Shown piece after piece: positions 9,274 through 18,715 of a stretch of 64,000 nt of DNA. A program made the position numbers and the translations under genes. A model generated the notes under the pieces. It ran no database searches and was not told where the DNA came from. It saw nothing but the letters and a program-made list of their open reading frames with translations. Origin of the DNA: Dehalococcoidia bacterium (lineage in GTDB: Bacteria > Chloroflexota > Dehalococcoidia > UBA2979); contig OZ253555.1 in the NCBI GenBank assembly GCA_965262725.1, positions 3,424,001 to 3,488,000 on the forward strand. Reading direction: 5' to 3'. Each line of letters begins with the position of its first letter. The first letter of the stretch is position 1.

Positions 9274-10128
9274 CTAGGAGGCGCCGGGCTTCGCCGTCCG
9301 CTCGTAGTCGGCCGTGCGTCCCTCGACGAAGGCCTTCATCCCCTCCATGCGGTCGTGGTCGGCCGCGGTCTCCTGGATCAGCTGCCGGCGCGTCTTCCGC
9401 CGCTCCTCCAGCTCCTCGGGCGGGTGTACGTTGCCGCTGCGCAGCTGCAGCTCGATCGAGCGCTGCTTCAGCTTCGCAATCGCGTCGGGCCCCATCCGCG
9501 TCGTCGCCTCGGCGAGCTCGAGCGCACGGTCCAGCACCTGCTCGCGCGGCACGACATCTGAGGCGAAGCCCCAGCGCAGGCACTCCTCGGCGGTGAAGCG
9601 CCGGTCCGTCATGGTGAAGGCGCGCGCGATCATCGGCGGCAGGTAGTGGAACATCACGTCGCCCGAGCCGACGTTGACCTTGGCGTGCGCGTCGAGGATG
9701 TAGGTGTCCTCCGCCATCACCACCATGTCGACCATCGTCACCATCTCGAGACCGCCGCCGACCGCCGGCCCGTTCAGCGCGGCGACGAGCGGCTTCTGGA
9801 TGATCCAGTGGTTGCACAGCCGCCCGAACAGCTCGTGGTCCGGGTCGTCGATCGGTCGCAGCGCCGAGGTGTCGCCGCTCCCGTACTGCCCCACGTACTC
9901 GTTGAGGTCACGGCCGGCGCAGAAGAAGCGGCCGGCGCCGGTGACGACGGCGGCCTTGATCTCGTCGTTCTCGTTGATCTCGTTCCAGCAGGCCCCGACG
10001 TCGCGGTGCATCTCCGTGTTCAGCGCGTTCGCGGACTCGGGGCGGTTGAGCGTGACGACCGCCACCTCGCCCCGCCTCTCGAACAGCGCCGCCTCCATGT
10101 CGTTCAGGTCGACGCCGTACAGGGCCAT
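9274..10128 (-). CDS. Enoyl-CoA hydratase/isomerase (crotonase) family protein
   Basis: TLNRPESANAL, FCAGRD, KPLVAALNGPAVGGGLE; 284 aa. Confidence 0.92.
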   Translation of the reverse strand: MALYGVDLNDMEAALFERRGEVAVVTLNRPESANALNTEMHRDVGACWNEINENDEIKAAVVTGAGRFFCAGRDLNEYVGQYGSGDTSALRPIDDPDHELFGRLCNHWIIQKPLVAALNGPAVGGGLEMVTMVDMVVMAEDTYILDAHAKVNVGSGDVMFHYLPPMIARAFTMTDRRFTAEECLRWGFASDVVPREQVLDRALELAEATTRMGPDAIAKLKQRSIELQLRSGNVHPPEELEERRKTRRQLIQETAADHDRMEGMKAFVEGRTADYERTAKPGAS

Positions 10129-10225
10129 GGCTCTCCTACCTCTCTCCCCCGACTTCGGGGTGGCGGCACGACGGTAGCAGAAGCGAGCGCGGCTTTGCGG
10201 AGCCCGCACGCGGACTCGCCGGGGG

Positions 10226-12616
10226 TCAGTCGTCACGGAGCGGCATCGCCCGCAACGCGCGGGGCTGGTCGAGGACCGCGCCGGACGCGCGGAGTGACGT
10301 GATCTGGGATGCGTTGAGGCCGAGGTCTCCTTGGACCACCTCGTCGTTGTGTTCGCCAAAGAGCGGAGCCGGCCGCGCTTGTGTCGGCGGCGGGGTCCGT
10401 GACAGCTTCCAGGGGAGGCCCTCGTAGCGCTGGAAGCCCACCTCGGGGTGCACGGTTTCGATCCAGTAGCCGCGCTGGGAGAGGTGCGGATCGCTGACCA
10501 GCTCCCAGTTCGCGAGCACGGGGCCGGCCGGCACGCCCGCGGCCTGCAGCCGTCGCGTCGCCTCGTTGTGGTCGAGGTCCGCGCTCCATGCCTCGATCGC
10601 GCGGTCGATCTCGTCGTGCGCCGCAAGGCGAGCCTCGGCGGTGGGAAAGCGCTCGGCCAGCTCCGGGCGCTCCAGCGTGGCGCACAGCCGCTGCCACTGC
10701 TCGTCGCTCTCGACCGCGAGAGCGAGCCAGCAATCGTCCCCGGCAGCGCGGTACGCGCCCTGCGGCGCGATACTCGGGGAGCGGTTGGCGAGCGGGCCGG
10801 CGACCCTCCCGTTCAGCCGGTAGTCCATCAGCGACTCGACGGCGAAGATCGCGCCGCTGTCCAGCAGAGGCACCTCAATGTGCTGGCCGCGCCCACTCCG
10901 CTCGCGCTCCATGAGGGCGGCGATGATGCCGATCGTCGCGTGCGTGCCGCCGATGGGGTCGGTGTGGAACGAGCCGGTCGCGTGCAGATCGCCGGGCCCG
11001 TAGCCGGTGCGCGAAACGACAGCCGTGGTGGCCTCCATGTTCGACCCGGCGGCGCGATACGAGGCGAGAGGGCCCTCCGAGCCGAAGGCCGGAATCGAGC
11101 AGCTGATGAGGCGTGGATTGCGTCGTTCGAGTTCATCGAAGGGGAGGCCGAGGCGAGGGAAGACCCCCGGGCTGTTGTTCTCGACGAGCACGTCCGCGGT
11201 CTCGATCAGTCGCAGGAACAGCTCCTTGCCCCCCTCAGTCTGCAGGTCGAAGCAGACGCTGCGCTTGTTGCGATTGAACTGATGGAAACCGTGCCCGCGG
11301 TTCAGCGCGTAGGGCCAGCTCTGCCCCGCCGGGTAGTGCCACGAGCGGGTGGCCTGCGCGATCGGCGCGTCCACCACGATCACGTCCGCCCCGAGGTCGG
11401 CGAAGTGCATCCCGCAGAGCGGGCCCGCCCAGCTGTTGGTCACCTCCACCACCCGCAGTCCGCTGAATGGAAGCGCGTCGTCGCTCCGCTCCCCGGGTCG
11501 CGCAGCAGTCTCCCCAAGCGGCTGGTGGGCTCCTAGGAGCGGCGCCGCCACTTCCGTGCCCGTCCGGCTCCGCGACATCACCCACGGCGGCCCGGGCAGC
11601 TCGAGTGCTCCGGCGAGCGGATGGTCCACGGCCTTCCACCATTGGCGAGCCGCGAGTTGCGACGAAGCGGCGAGCTCCGCGATCGAGTCGACCGGGGTCA
11701 CCGCGTTGATGCGAAGCTCCTGAGCGCGTTCGTGCACCTCGGCCTTCGTTCGGCCTGCCACCCATCCCGCGAGGTCGGCGAGCAGCTCCGACCGTGCCTC
11801 GGGCCAGCGGGCCGGGTCCTCCCACCGCGGGTCGTCGGCTCGCTCCGAGTCGCCGATCAGCGTGTAGAGCTGCGGACGGGGATACGCCACCAGGAGCAGG
11901 CCGTCGGCACAGGCGACCAGCGTCGTGCCCCGTCGCTTGTCGACCTTGCCCTCCTGCATCCAGTTCGAGAGAAGGAAGACGTGCGCGCTGACCATCGACT
12001 CGAAGGTCGAGACGTCGACGTGCTGACCGACGCCGCTCCTGCGCGCGTGCCAGAGCGCGGCCAGCGCGCCGGCAGCGAGCTGCATGCCGGCGTGGAGCTC
12101 CGCCTGGTAGCCCGGCATCATCAGCGGTGGCTTCCCGGGCGCGCCGCAGAAGTACATCCAGCCGCCCATCGCGTAGTCGACGATCTCGGAGCTGAGCCGG
12201 CTCGCGTAAGGGCCATCCAGTCCGAAAGGCGAGTGCGACGCGTACACCAGCGACGGGAAATCCGCCGCCAGCTCGCGGAATCCGATGCCATGCGAGTCCA
12301 TCACGCCGGGGCCCGCCGTCTCCAGCAGGATGTCCGCTGTCGCGAGTAGGCGCTTCAGCTCACCCCGCCCGGCGGAGCTGTGTACGTCAAGGACGACGCT
12401 CTCCTTGCCGGCGTTGAGAGCGAGGTGCAGCCCGCCCCGCTCGGGTTCGGGCAGGTCGTCGGCGAAGGGCCCGAGCCGCCGGAGGCGATCTCCGCCCGGC
12501 GGCTCGACTTTGAGGACGCGCGCGCCAAGGGCGGCTAGCAGCCATGACCCGTAGCCACCGGCGACGCCCTCGGTGCAGTCGACCACGACAGTGCCAGTGA
12601 GCGGGTAGTCGGCCAT
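10226..12616 (-). CDS. Family III (CaiB/BaiF) CoA-transferase, two fused domains
   Basis: Two repeats of the PL.G..V / LGA.V..VE / N..K.SV pattern; APLLGAH and APLFGEHN ends. Confidence 0.92.
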   Translation of the reverse strand: MADYPLTGTVVVDCTEGVAGGYGSWLLAALGARVLKVEPPGGDRLRRLGPFADDLPEPERGGLHLALNAGKESVVLDVHSSAGRGELKRLLATADILLETAGPGVMDSHGIGFRELAADFPSLVYASHSPFGLDGPYASRLSSEIVDYAMGGWMYFCGAPGKPPLMMPGYQAELHAGMQLAAGALAALWHARRSGVGQHVDVSTFESMVSAHVFLLSNWMQEGKVDKRRGTTLVACADGLLLVAYPRPQLYTLIGDSERADDPRWEDPARWPEARSELLADLAGWVAGRTKAEVHERAQELRINAVTPVDSIAELAASSQLAARQWWKAVDHPLAGALELPGPPWVMSRSRTGTEVAAPLLGAHQPLGETAARPGERSDDALPFSGLRVVEVTNSWAGPLCGMHFADLGADVIVVDAPIAQATRSWHYPAGQSWPYALNRGHGFHQFNRNKRSVCFDLQTEGGKELFLRLIETADVLVENNSPGVFPRLGLPFDELERRNPRLISCSIPAFGSEGPLASYRAAGSNMEATTAVVSRTGYGPGDLHATGSFHTDPIGGTHATIGIIAALMERERSGRGQHIEVPLLDSGAIFAVESLMDYRLNGRVAGPLANRSPSIAPQGAYRAAGDDCWLALAVESDEQWQRLCATLERPELAERFPTAEARLAAHDEIDRAIEAWSADLDHNEATRRLQAAGVPAGPVLANWELVSDPHLSQRGYWIETVHPEVGFQRYEGLPWKLSRTPPPTQARPAPLFGEHNDEVVQGDLGLNASQITSLRASGAVLDQPRALRAMPLRDD

Positions 12617-12647
12617 CTGCGAGCGCGGCCTTACTGTTGCAAACTGC

Positions 12648-13877
12648 CTAGCCGCGTGGCAGACCGAGGCCCCGCGTCGCGATCACGTTGCGCTGGATCT
12701 CGGAGCTGCCGCCCGCGATGGTGCCGGGGATGCCGCGCACGTAGCCGTGCGTGAACGACGCCTCCATCGGGGAGCGCGGGTCGTCCTCGTCCCACAGGTT
12801 CGCGTAGAGCCCGAACACCTTCGTCCCGGTGCGCTCTACGCGCTGCGACGCCTCCGACCCGAACAGCTTCGCGACGGATGCCTCGTGATTGGGAACCTGA
12901 GCCTGGCTCTGGATCGTGATGATGCGCAGCGAGAAGTTGTGCATCACCCCCGCCTCGACGTAGTGAGCGGCGATCTGCTGTCGCAGGGAGTCGAGCTCGC
13001 TTACCCGCGAGCGCGCAGCGCCCTGGTCCGTGTGGAGGTAGCGCACGAGGCGATCGAGGCGCCGCTGCTGCGACACCGCGCCGGTGATATTCGAGCGCTC
13101 GTTGTCGAGGAGGGTCATCGCCACGTACCAGCCGCGGTTCTCCTCCCCCACGATCTGGTCCGCGGGGACGCGCACGTCCTCGAAGAAGTCCTCGTTGATC
13201 TCGTGCCCCCACGCGGCGTCGATGATCGGTCGAACCGATACCCCCGGCGAGCGGATGTCCATGAGCAGGAACGTGATCCCGCGATGCTTCGGCGCCTCAG
13301 GGTCGGTTCGACATAGCATCAGGATCCAGTCGGCGTAGTGCCCGTGCGTCGTCCATATCTTCTGGCCGTTCACGACGTACTCGTCGCCGTCGCGCACCGC
13401 GCGCGTTTGCAGCGAGGCGAGATCCGATCCGGCACCCGGCTCGGAGAAGCCCTGCGCCCAGATCACCTCACCCCTGAGGATCGGCGGGAGGTAGCGTCGC
13501 TTCTGCTCGTCCGTTCCGTGGACGATCAGTGCCGGGCCGAGCATGCCGATCCCAACGTTGCTGCCGACCGTGGGGAGGTTCGCTAGCGTCATCTCCTCGC
13601 GGTAGATGTACTGCTCCATAGGGCTGAACCCGCCACCCCCGTACTCGGTGGGCCAGTGCGGCGCGACCCAGCCCTTTTCAGCGATCGCAGTGAACCATTC
13701 GTCCGCCGCTTCGACGCTGGTCGACTCGTTCGAGGTGCGATCGACCTGCCACTGGAAGAACGCGCGACGGTGGTTGCTCTCCGCGAGCCGCCGATATCGC
13801 TCCGGTGCTTTGGCGGCGATCAGTTCACGCGCCTCGCTCCGGAAGGCCGCCTGATCGCGCGTGTCATGCCAATCCAT
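12648..13877 (-). CDS. Acyl-CoA dehydrogenase
   Basis: WAQGFSEPGAGSDLASL, GGSSEIQRNVIA. Confidence 0.95.
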   Translation of the reverse strand: MDWHDTRDQAAFRSEARELIAAKAPERYRRLAESNHRRAFFQWQVDRTSNESTSVEAADEWFTAIAEKGWVAPHWPTEYGGGGFSPMEQYIYREEMTLANLPTVGSNVGIGMLGPALIVHGTDEQKRRYLPPILRGEVIWAQGFSEPGAGSDLASLQTRAVRDGDEYVVNGQKIWTTHGHYADWILMLCRTDPEAPKHRGITFLLMDIRSPGVSVRPIIDAAWGHEINEDFFEDVRVPADQIVGEENRGWYVAMTLLDNERSNITGAVSQQRRLDRLVRYLHTDQGAARSRVSELDSLRQQIAAHYVEAGVMHNFSLRIITIQSQAQVPNHEASVAKLFGSEASQRVERTGTKVFGLYANLWDEDDPRSPMEASFTHGYVRGIPGTIAGGSSEIQRNVIATRGLGLPRG

Positions 13878-14125
13878 GTCGTGCTCCGACTCTTCCAGTT
13901 CGCGATGGTGCCGACCACAAGGTAGGACCGCATAGGCCGCCGCGAGCGTGCATCACGACCGGATGATACTGCGGGACGCGTGGCGCACCCGGCAACCGAA
14001 TGCGCCGAACTCGATCCGCCCGCGCCAGCGCAGCGTCGACCGTTCGAGCAAGGCGGTCAGGAGCCCTCCTCGCTATCGCGAGGTCGAGGCTACCCCGGCG
14101 CGCCCTCGAAGCTGACGGCACCCTC

Positions 14126-15100
14126 TCAGACGGCGTCGAAGTCGACGTTGCTGAGAGCCTCCTCCGCAGCCTTGAAGCAGATCCCATCGCGCTCCTCTTC
14201 GGTGAAGTTGATGCCGTGGCGCGCGCCCCAATCCGGGAGGTTCTTGAAGATGTCGGTCCAGACCTCGGTTCGGCCGCGCGCCCTGCTGCCGACACCCGCC
14301 TGCGGGAGATCGGTCCCCCACACTATTCGGTCGGGGCCCGCGCGGTCGAGAAACGCGCGGACAACCTTGAGGAGCTGAGGGATGTTCCCCTCGTCCACCG
14401 CGCCAGTGACCTGCCAGTCGGTCAGGTCGAGCCAGACGTTGCGCTTGCCCGACGCCGCGATGAGACCGCGCCAGTAGGTGGCGGTCTCGAAGGGTCCGGA
14501 GAGGTTCGCGTGCCCCATGATGATGCGAAGGTCGGGGTAGCGGCGGGCCACGAGCTCAACCCATTCGGCCCACGCCCAGATGTTGCCGCCCGTGTGGATC
14601 AGCACCGGCACGTCCAGCTCGATCGCCTTCTCGTACATCGGGAAGCAGCGCTCGTCGTTGGCCTGGTAGCCGTTGGGCGGGTAGACCTTGAGGCCAACCG
14701 CGCCGTGGCTCTTCACCATGTCGTCGAAGATCGCGACGGCGCGCGGACGGCGCGGGTCGACGCCCGCGAACCACCACAGCTTGCCGGGGTAGCGAGCGGC
14801 GGCCTCGGCGGTCTTGCGGTGGAACTCCTCCACGTCCAGCTGGTTGTCCTCGGCGGGGCCGTAGGCCAGACCCCAGTCGAGGCAGAGGATGATGGAGTGG
14901 TCGATGCCGTAGTGTTCCATCTCCGCAATGGCGCCGGAGCCAGACTCCTCCATCGTGGGCGACTGCTTGATGCGGTCGAGCACCTGCTCCTTGGTGCGGC
15001 CGGTGCGCCGCGCGAGCTCGGCGGCGTTGTTGCCGAGGTGGCTCGGCGGGAACCAGTCGAAGCCCCACAAGTGCCGATGGACATCGATCAGCTTGACCAT
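14126..15100 (-). CDS. Amidohydrolase-2 family protein
   Basis: IDVHRH, PVLIHTG, IIMGH, VWGTD metal-binding motifs. Confidence 0.9.
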   Translation of the reverse strand: MVKLIDVHRHLWGFDWFPPSHLGNNAAELARRTGRTKEQVLDRIKQSPTMEESGSGAIAEMEHYGIDHSIILCLDWGLAYGPAEDNQLDVEEFHRKTAEAAARYPGKLWWFAGVDPRRPRAVAIFDDMVKSHGAVGLKVYPPNGYQANDERCFPMYEKAIELDVPVLIHTGGNIWAWAEWVELVARRYPDLRIIMGHANLSGPFETATYWRGLIAASGKRNVWLDLTDWQVTGAVDEGNIPQLLKVVRAFLDRAGPDRIVWGTDLPQAGVGSRARGRTEVWTDIFKNLPDWGARHGINFTEEERDGICFKAAEEALSNVDFDAV

Positions 15101-15168
15101 GATTCGCGGACCTCACGTATGTCAGCCGGTAGGCGCCCCCCGGGGCGGTGTTCGCGCCACCAAGATTG

Positions 15169-16023
15169 CTAGCCGGTGCCGCCCTTGACGGGGCGCTCGT
15201 ACTGCGATTCGCGCTTCTCGACGAAGGCCTTCATGCCTTCCATCAGGTCGTGGTCGCTGGCCGTCTCCGCCCTCTGCGCGCGCACGGTCGTGCGCCGCTC
15301 CTCGCGGAACTCGGGCGGGTGGAGGTTGCCCGACGCGAGCTGGAGCTCGATAGAGCCCTGCTTGAGGCGCTGGATCGAGTCCGGGCCCATCCGGCTCGTG
15401 GCCTCCGCGACTTCGATCGCCTTCTCGAGCACCTCATCCTTCGAGGTCACGTAGTTGGCGAAGCCCCACGTGTGGCACTCCTGAGCTGTGAGGCGGCGGT
15501 CCGTCATGGTGAGCTCGCGCGCGATCATCGGCGGCAGGAACGTGTTCATCGAGTTCATGCCGCCGGCGTTGATCTTCGCGTGCAGGTCCGCGATGTAGGC
15601 GTCGTCAGCCATGACGATCATGTCGCACATGATCGCTACCTCCAGGCCGCCGCCCACCGCCGGGCCGTTGAGGGCGCCGATCAGTGGCTTGCGCACATGC
15701 CAGTGGTTGGCGGTTGCCCCGAACATCTCGTTGTCGGGGTCGTCGATCGGCCGTAGCACGTCGGCCTCGCCCGCCCCGTAGGTGCCGACGAACTCTTTGA
15801 TGTCGCGCCCGGCGCAGAAGAAGCGGCCTGCGCCCGTGACGACGGCGGCGCGGATGTCGTCGTTGCCGTTTATCTCCTCCCAGCATGCGGCGATGTCGCG
15901 ATGGATCGCTGTGTTCAGGGCGTTCAGCGACTCCGGCCGGTTCATTGTGACGACCGCGATGTTGCCACGGAGCTCGAAGACGCCGGACTCCATGTTGCTC
16001 AGGTCGACGCCGTACAGTGCCAT
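15169..16023 (-). CDS. Enoyl-CoA hydratase/isomerase family protein
   Basis: Co-linear 284-aa paralogue of 9274-10128. Confidence 0.92.
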   Translation of the reverse strand: MALYGVDLSNMESGVFELRGNIAVVTMNRPESLNALNTAIHRDIAACWEEINGNDDIRAAVVTGAGRFFCAGRDIKEFVGTYGAGEADVLRPIDDPDNEMFGATANHWHVRKPLIGALNGPAVGGGLEVAIMCDMIVMADDAYIADLHAKINAGGMNSMNTFLPPMIARELTMTDRRLTAQECHTWGFANYVTSKDEVLEKAIEVAEATSRMGPDSIQRLKQGSIELQLASGNLHPPEFREERRTTVRAQRAETASDHDLMEGMKAFVEKRESQYERPVKGGTG

Positions 16024-16069
16024 CTCGATCCTCCTCGGCCTGCTGCAATCCAGTTTCGCTAAGTCCTGC

Positions 16070-17296
16070 TCACCCTCGCGGAAGCCCCAGCCCGCGGGTC
16101 GCGATGACGTTGCGCTGAATCTCCGGAGTCCCGCCGCCGACCCGCGCTGCGGAACGCGCGTAGCTGTGCGCGTAGGACGCCTCCATCGGCGCTCGTTCGT
16201 CATCGGGGTCCCAGAGGTTGGCGTAGAGGCCGAACACGGAGGTGCCGGTCCGCGCGAGACGCTGGCGACCGTCGCCACCGAAGAGGTGCGACACCGACGC
16301 CTCGTAGTTGGGGATCTGGCCAGCGCGCTGCATCGTGATGATTCGCAGCGAAAGGTTGAACATCACCGCAGCTTCGATGGAGCGCTCGGCGATCTGCTGT
16401 CGCAGCGAGTCGAACTGGCTCACTCGGGATCGCCTGCGGCCCACGTCGGTGGCGAGGTAGGCGATCAGGCGCCCGATCTCGCGCTCCATCGCGATCGCCC
16501 CGCTGATGTTGGAGCGCTCGTTGTCGAGCAGCGTCATCGCGACGTACCAGCCGCGGTTCTCCTCGCCCACCCGCTGCTCGGCGGGCACGCGAACGTCCTC
16601 GAAGAAGTCCTCGTTGATCTCGTGGCCGCCGGTCATGTCGATGATCGGGCGGATCTCGACCCCGGGCGACCTCAGATCGACGAGCAGGAAGGTGATGCCA
16701 CGGTGCTTGGGAGCTTCTGGGTCTGTCCGCGTGAGTAGCAGGATCCAGTCCGCGTAGTGCGCGTGAGTGGTCCAGATCTTCTGGCCGTTGACTACGTACT
16801 CGTCACCGTCGCGCACCGCGCGCGTCTTGAGCGAGGCGAGATCGGAGCCAGCTCCTGGCTCCGAGAACCCCTGACACCAGACAGCCTCACCCTTGAGGAT
16901 CGGGGGGAGGAATCGCCGCTTCTGCTCGTCGGTGCCGTGCACGATGAGCGCCGGGCCGAGCATGCTGATGCCGACGTTGCTCCCGACGCCCGGCGCATTC
17001 GAGCGGGCGAGCTCGGCGTTAAGGACGAACTGCTCCATCCAGGAGAGGCCGCCCCCGCCGTACTCCCTGGGCCAGTGCGGCGCGCCCCAGCCCTTCTCGG
17101 CGAAGGCCCCGAACCACTCGGCGGCGGCCTCTCGGGCCCCGGGCTCGTCGGAGATGCGATCCCGAGCCCACTGCGCATAGGCGCCGTAGTCGCGGTCGCC
17201 CCGCGCGAGCTGCGAGTACCGCTTGGGCATGCGCGCGATCAGCTCGCGCACCTCGGTGCGGAATGACGCCTGCTCAGTGGTGTCGGTCCACTCCAT
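16070..17296 (-). CDS. Acyl-CoA dehydrogenase
   Basis: WCQGFSEPGAGSDLASL, GGTPEIQRNVIA; MEWTD start as in the paralogues. Confidence 0.95.
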   Translation of the reverse strand: MEWTDTTEQASFRTEVRELIARMPKRYSQLARGDRDYGAYAQWARDRISDEPGAREAAAEWFGAFAEKGWGAPHWPREYGGGGLSWMEQFVLNAELARSNAPGVGSNVGISMLGPALIVHGTDEQKRRFLPPILKGEAVWCQGFSEPGAGSDLASLKTRAVRDGDEYVVNGQKIWTTHAHYADWILLLTRTDPEAPKHRGITFLLVDLRSPGVEIRPIIDMTGGHEINEDFFEDVRVPAEQRVGEENRGWYVAMTLLDNERSNISGAIAMEREIGRLIAYLATDVGRRRSRVSQFDSLRQQIAERSIEAAVMFNLSLRIITMQRAGQIPNYEASVSHLFGGDGRQRLARTGTSVFGLYANLWDPDDERAPMEASYAHSYARSAARVGGGTPEIQRNVIATRGLGLPRG

Positions 17297-17442
17297 CGGT
17301 CCGACCTTCCATCGCCGTGGATGGTTCGCCACGCCTCACCGAGGCTCAGCACGGGATGCCGACCTCAAAGGCCAACCCGCCGGCGAAGTAACCGGACGGG
17401 GACGCGAGGAGACGCCCGCGTGGACACTCCCGAGCTGGCGCG

Positions 17443-17451
17443 AAGCTAGCA
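17443..17451 (-). promoter_or_regulatory. Extended -10 promoter candidate for the leftward catabolic operon
   Basis: TG-C-TAGCTT within a locally AT-rich stretch (17443-17486). Confidence 0.35.
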
Positions 17452-17563
17452 CATCTCTCATGGGATTTACAGACGTAGTAAGGAGTGGGTGGCTCGTGCG
17501 GCGAACGAACCGAGCGCGCCGCCACGCGCGAGACGGCCGAACGGAAGCGGAGCCCGACTCTTC

Positions 17564-18511
17564 GGCTTTGTCAGATCCCAGGGCGCCTTGAGGGGTAGCC
17601 TCGGCCTCACGATAGCGAGGAGCTGCCCGGTGACCTGTCCGCATTGCCTATCGAAAGCAACGTCACGCCGTCGAGGCCGTACCGAGCTCGGCTACCGTCG
17701 GTTTCGGTGCCGTTCCTGCCAACGCCGCTTCAATGAACGGACCGGGACCGCCTTCAACGACATCCGATTCCCGTCCGACATAGCCATGCTCGCCGTGCTC
17801 TGGCGCCTGCGCTACAAGCTCAGCTTCCGCGACGTGGCGGAGCTGCTGCTCGAGCGCGGGTACGTTCTGACCCACGAGACGGTGCGCGACTGGGAAGCGC
17901 GTTTCGCGCCACTTCTCGCAGAGCGGCTTCGCAGGAAGCGCCGCGGCCGGGCCGGGGTTTCCTGGTACATCGACGAGACGTACGTGAAGGTCGGGGGCCG
18001 ATGGTGCTATCTCTACCGGGCGATCGACGGCGACGGGCAGCTCATCGATTCGATGCTCAGCGAGCACCGCGACAAGCACGCGGCACGGCGCTTCCTCCGC
18101 AGGCTGGTCGACGTCGCCGAAGCTCGACCGCTCCGGGTCACGACGGATCGTCACCCCGCATACCCGCGCGCGGTTCGGTGGATCCTCGGAAGGAAGGTCG
18201 TGCACCGTCGTGAGCAGTACCTGAACAACTTCATGGAGCAAGACCACCGAGGCGTGAAGCAGCGCTACTACCCGATGCGTGGCTTCGGGAGCTTCGCGTC
18301 CGCGGCGCGCTTCTGCTCAGCGTTCGATGAGGTGCGCGATTTCTTCCGGTCTCGGTCACGCCGCGGCGAGGTCGTCTCGCTCCCGCAGCAGCGGCAGCTC
18401 TTCGCCGCGCGTTGGCGCTCGCTGGTCTCGGAGATGACGGCGGCCTAGCTGGAGCCGCGGCCCGCTGCCTGAGAACGTGCCGCTCACTACGCCCTCAGAT
18501 CTGACGCTACC
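17564..18511 (+). mobile_element. IS6-family insertion sequence
   Basis: 14-bp imperfect IRs beginning GG: GGCTTTGTCAGATC / GATCTGACGCTACC; no 8-bp target duplication. Confidence 0.85.
17630..18448 (+). CDS. IS6-family DDE transposase with N-terminal zinc ribbon
   Basis: CPHC...CRSC; WYIDETYVKV, YLYRAID, LNNFMEQDHRGVK. Confidence 0.92.
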   Translation: MTCPHCLSKATSRRRGRTELGYRRFRCRSCQRRFNERTGTAFNDIRFPSDIAMLAVLWRLRYKLSFRDVAELLLERGYVLTHETVRDWEARFAPLLAERLRRKRRGRAGVSWYIDETYVKVGGRWCYLYRAIDGDGQLIDSMLSEHRDKHAARRFLRRLVDVAEARPLRVTTDRHPAYPRAVRWILGRKVVHRREQYLNNFMEQDHRGVKQRYYPMRGFGSFASAARFCSAFDEVRDFFRSRSRRGEVVSLPQQRQLFAARWRSLVSEMTAA

Positions 18512-18715
18512 CCTCAGACGTTCTGAGCTAGGACCGCCGCACTTCCCCCGGTTGGGGGGTCTTCACGAGGGTTACGTTGGATAGGCCCTATGCCTCGCCC
18601 TGGCGGGGCGCGATGGTCAACACCCCCGTCATGGCCATCGCTCTAGAATGCGGGCACGCTGCATCTGCTGTGGAAGCGCTCCGAGGACATCCCGAGGTCC
18701 TAGACTGCGGACCTC

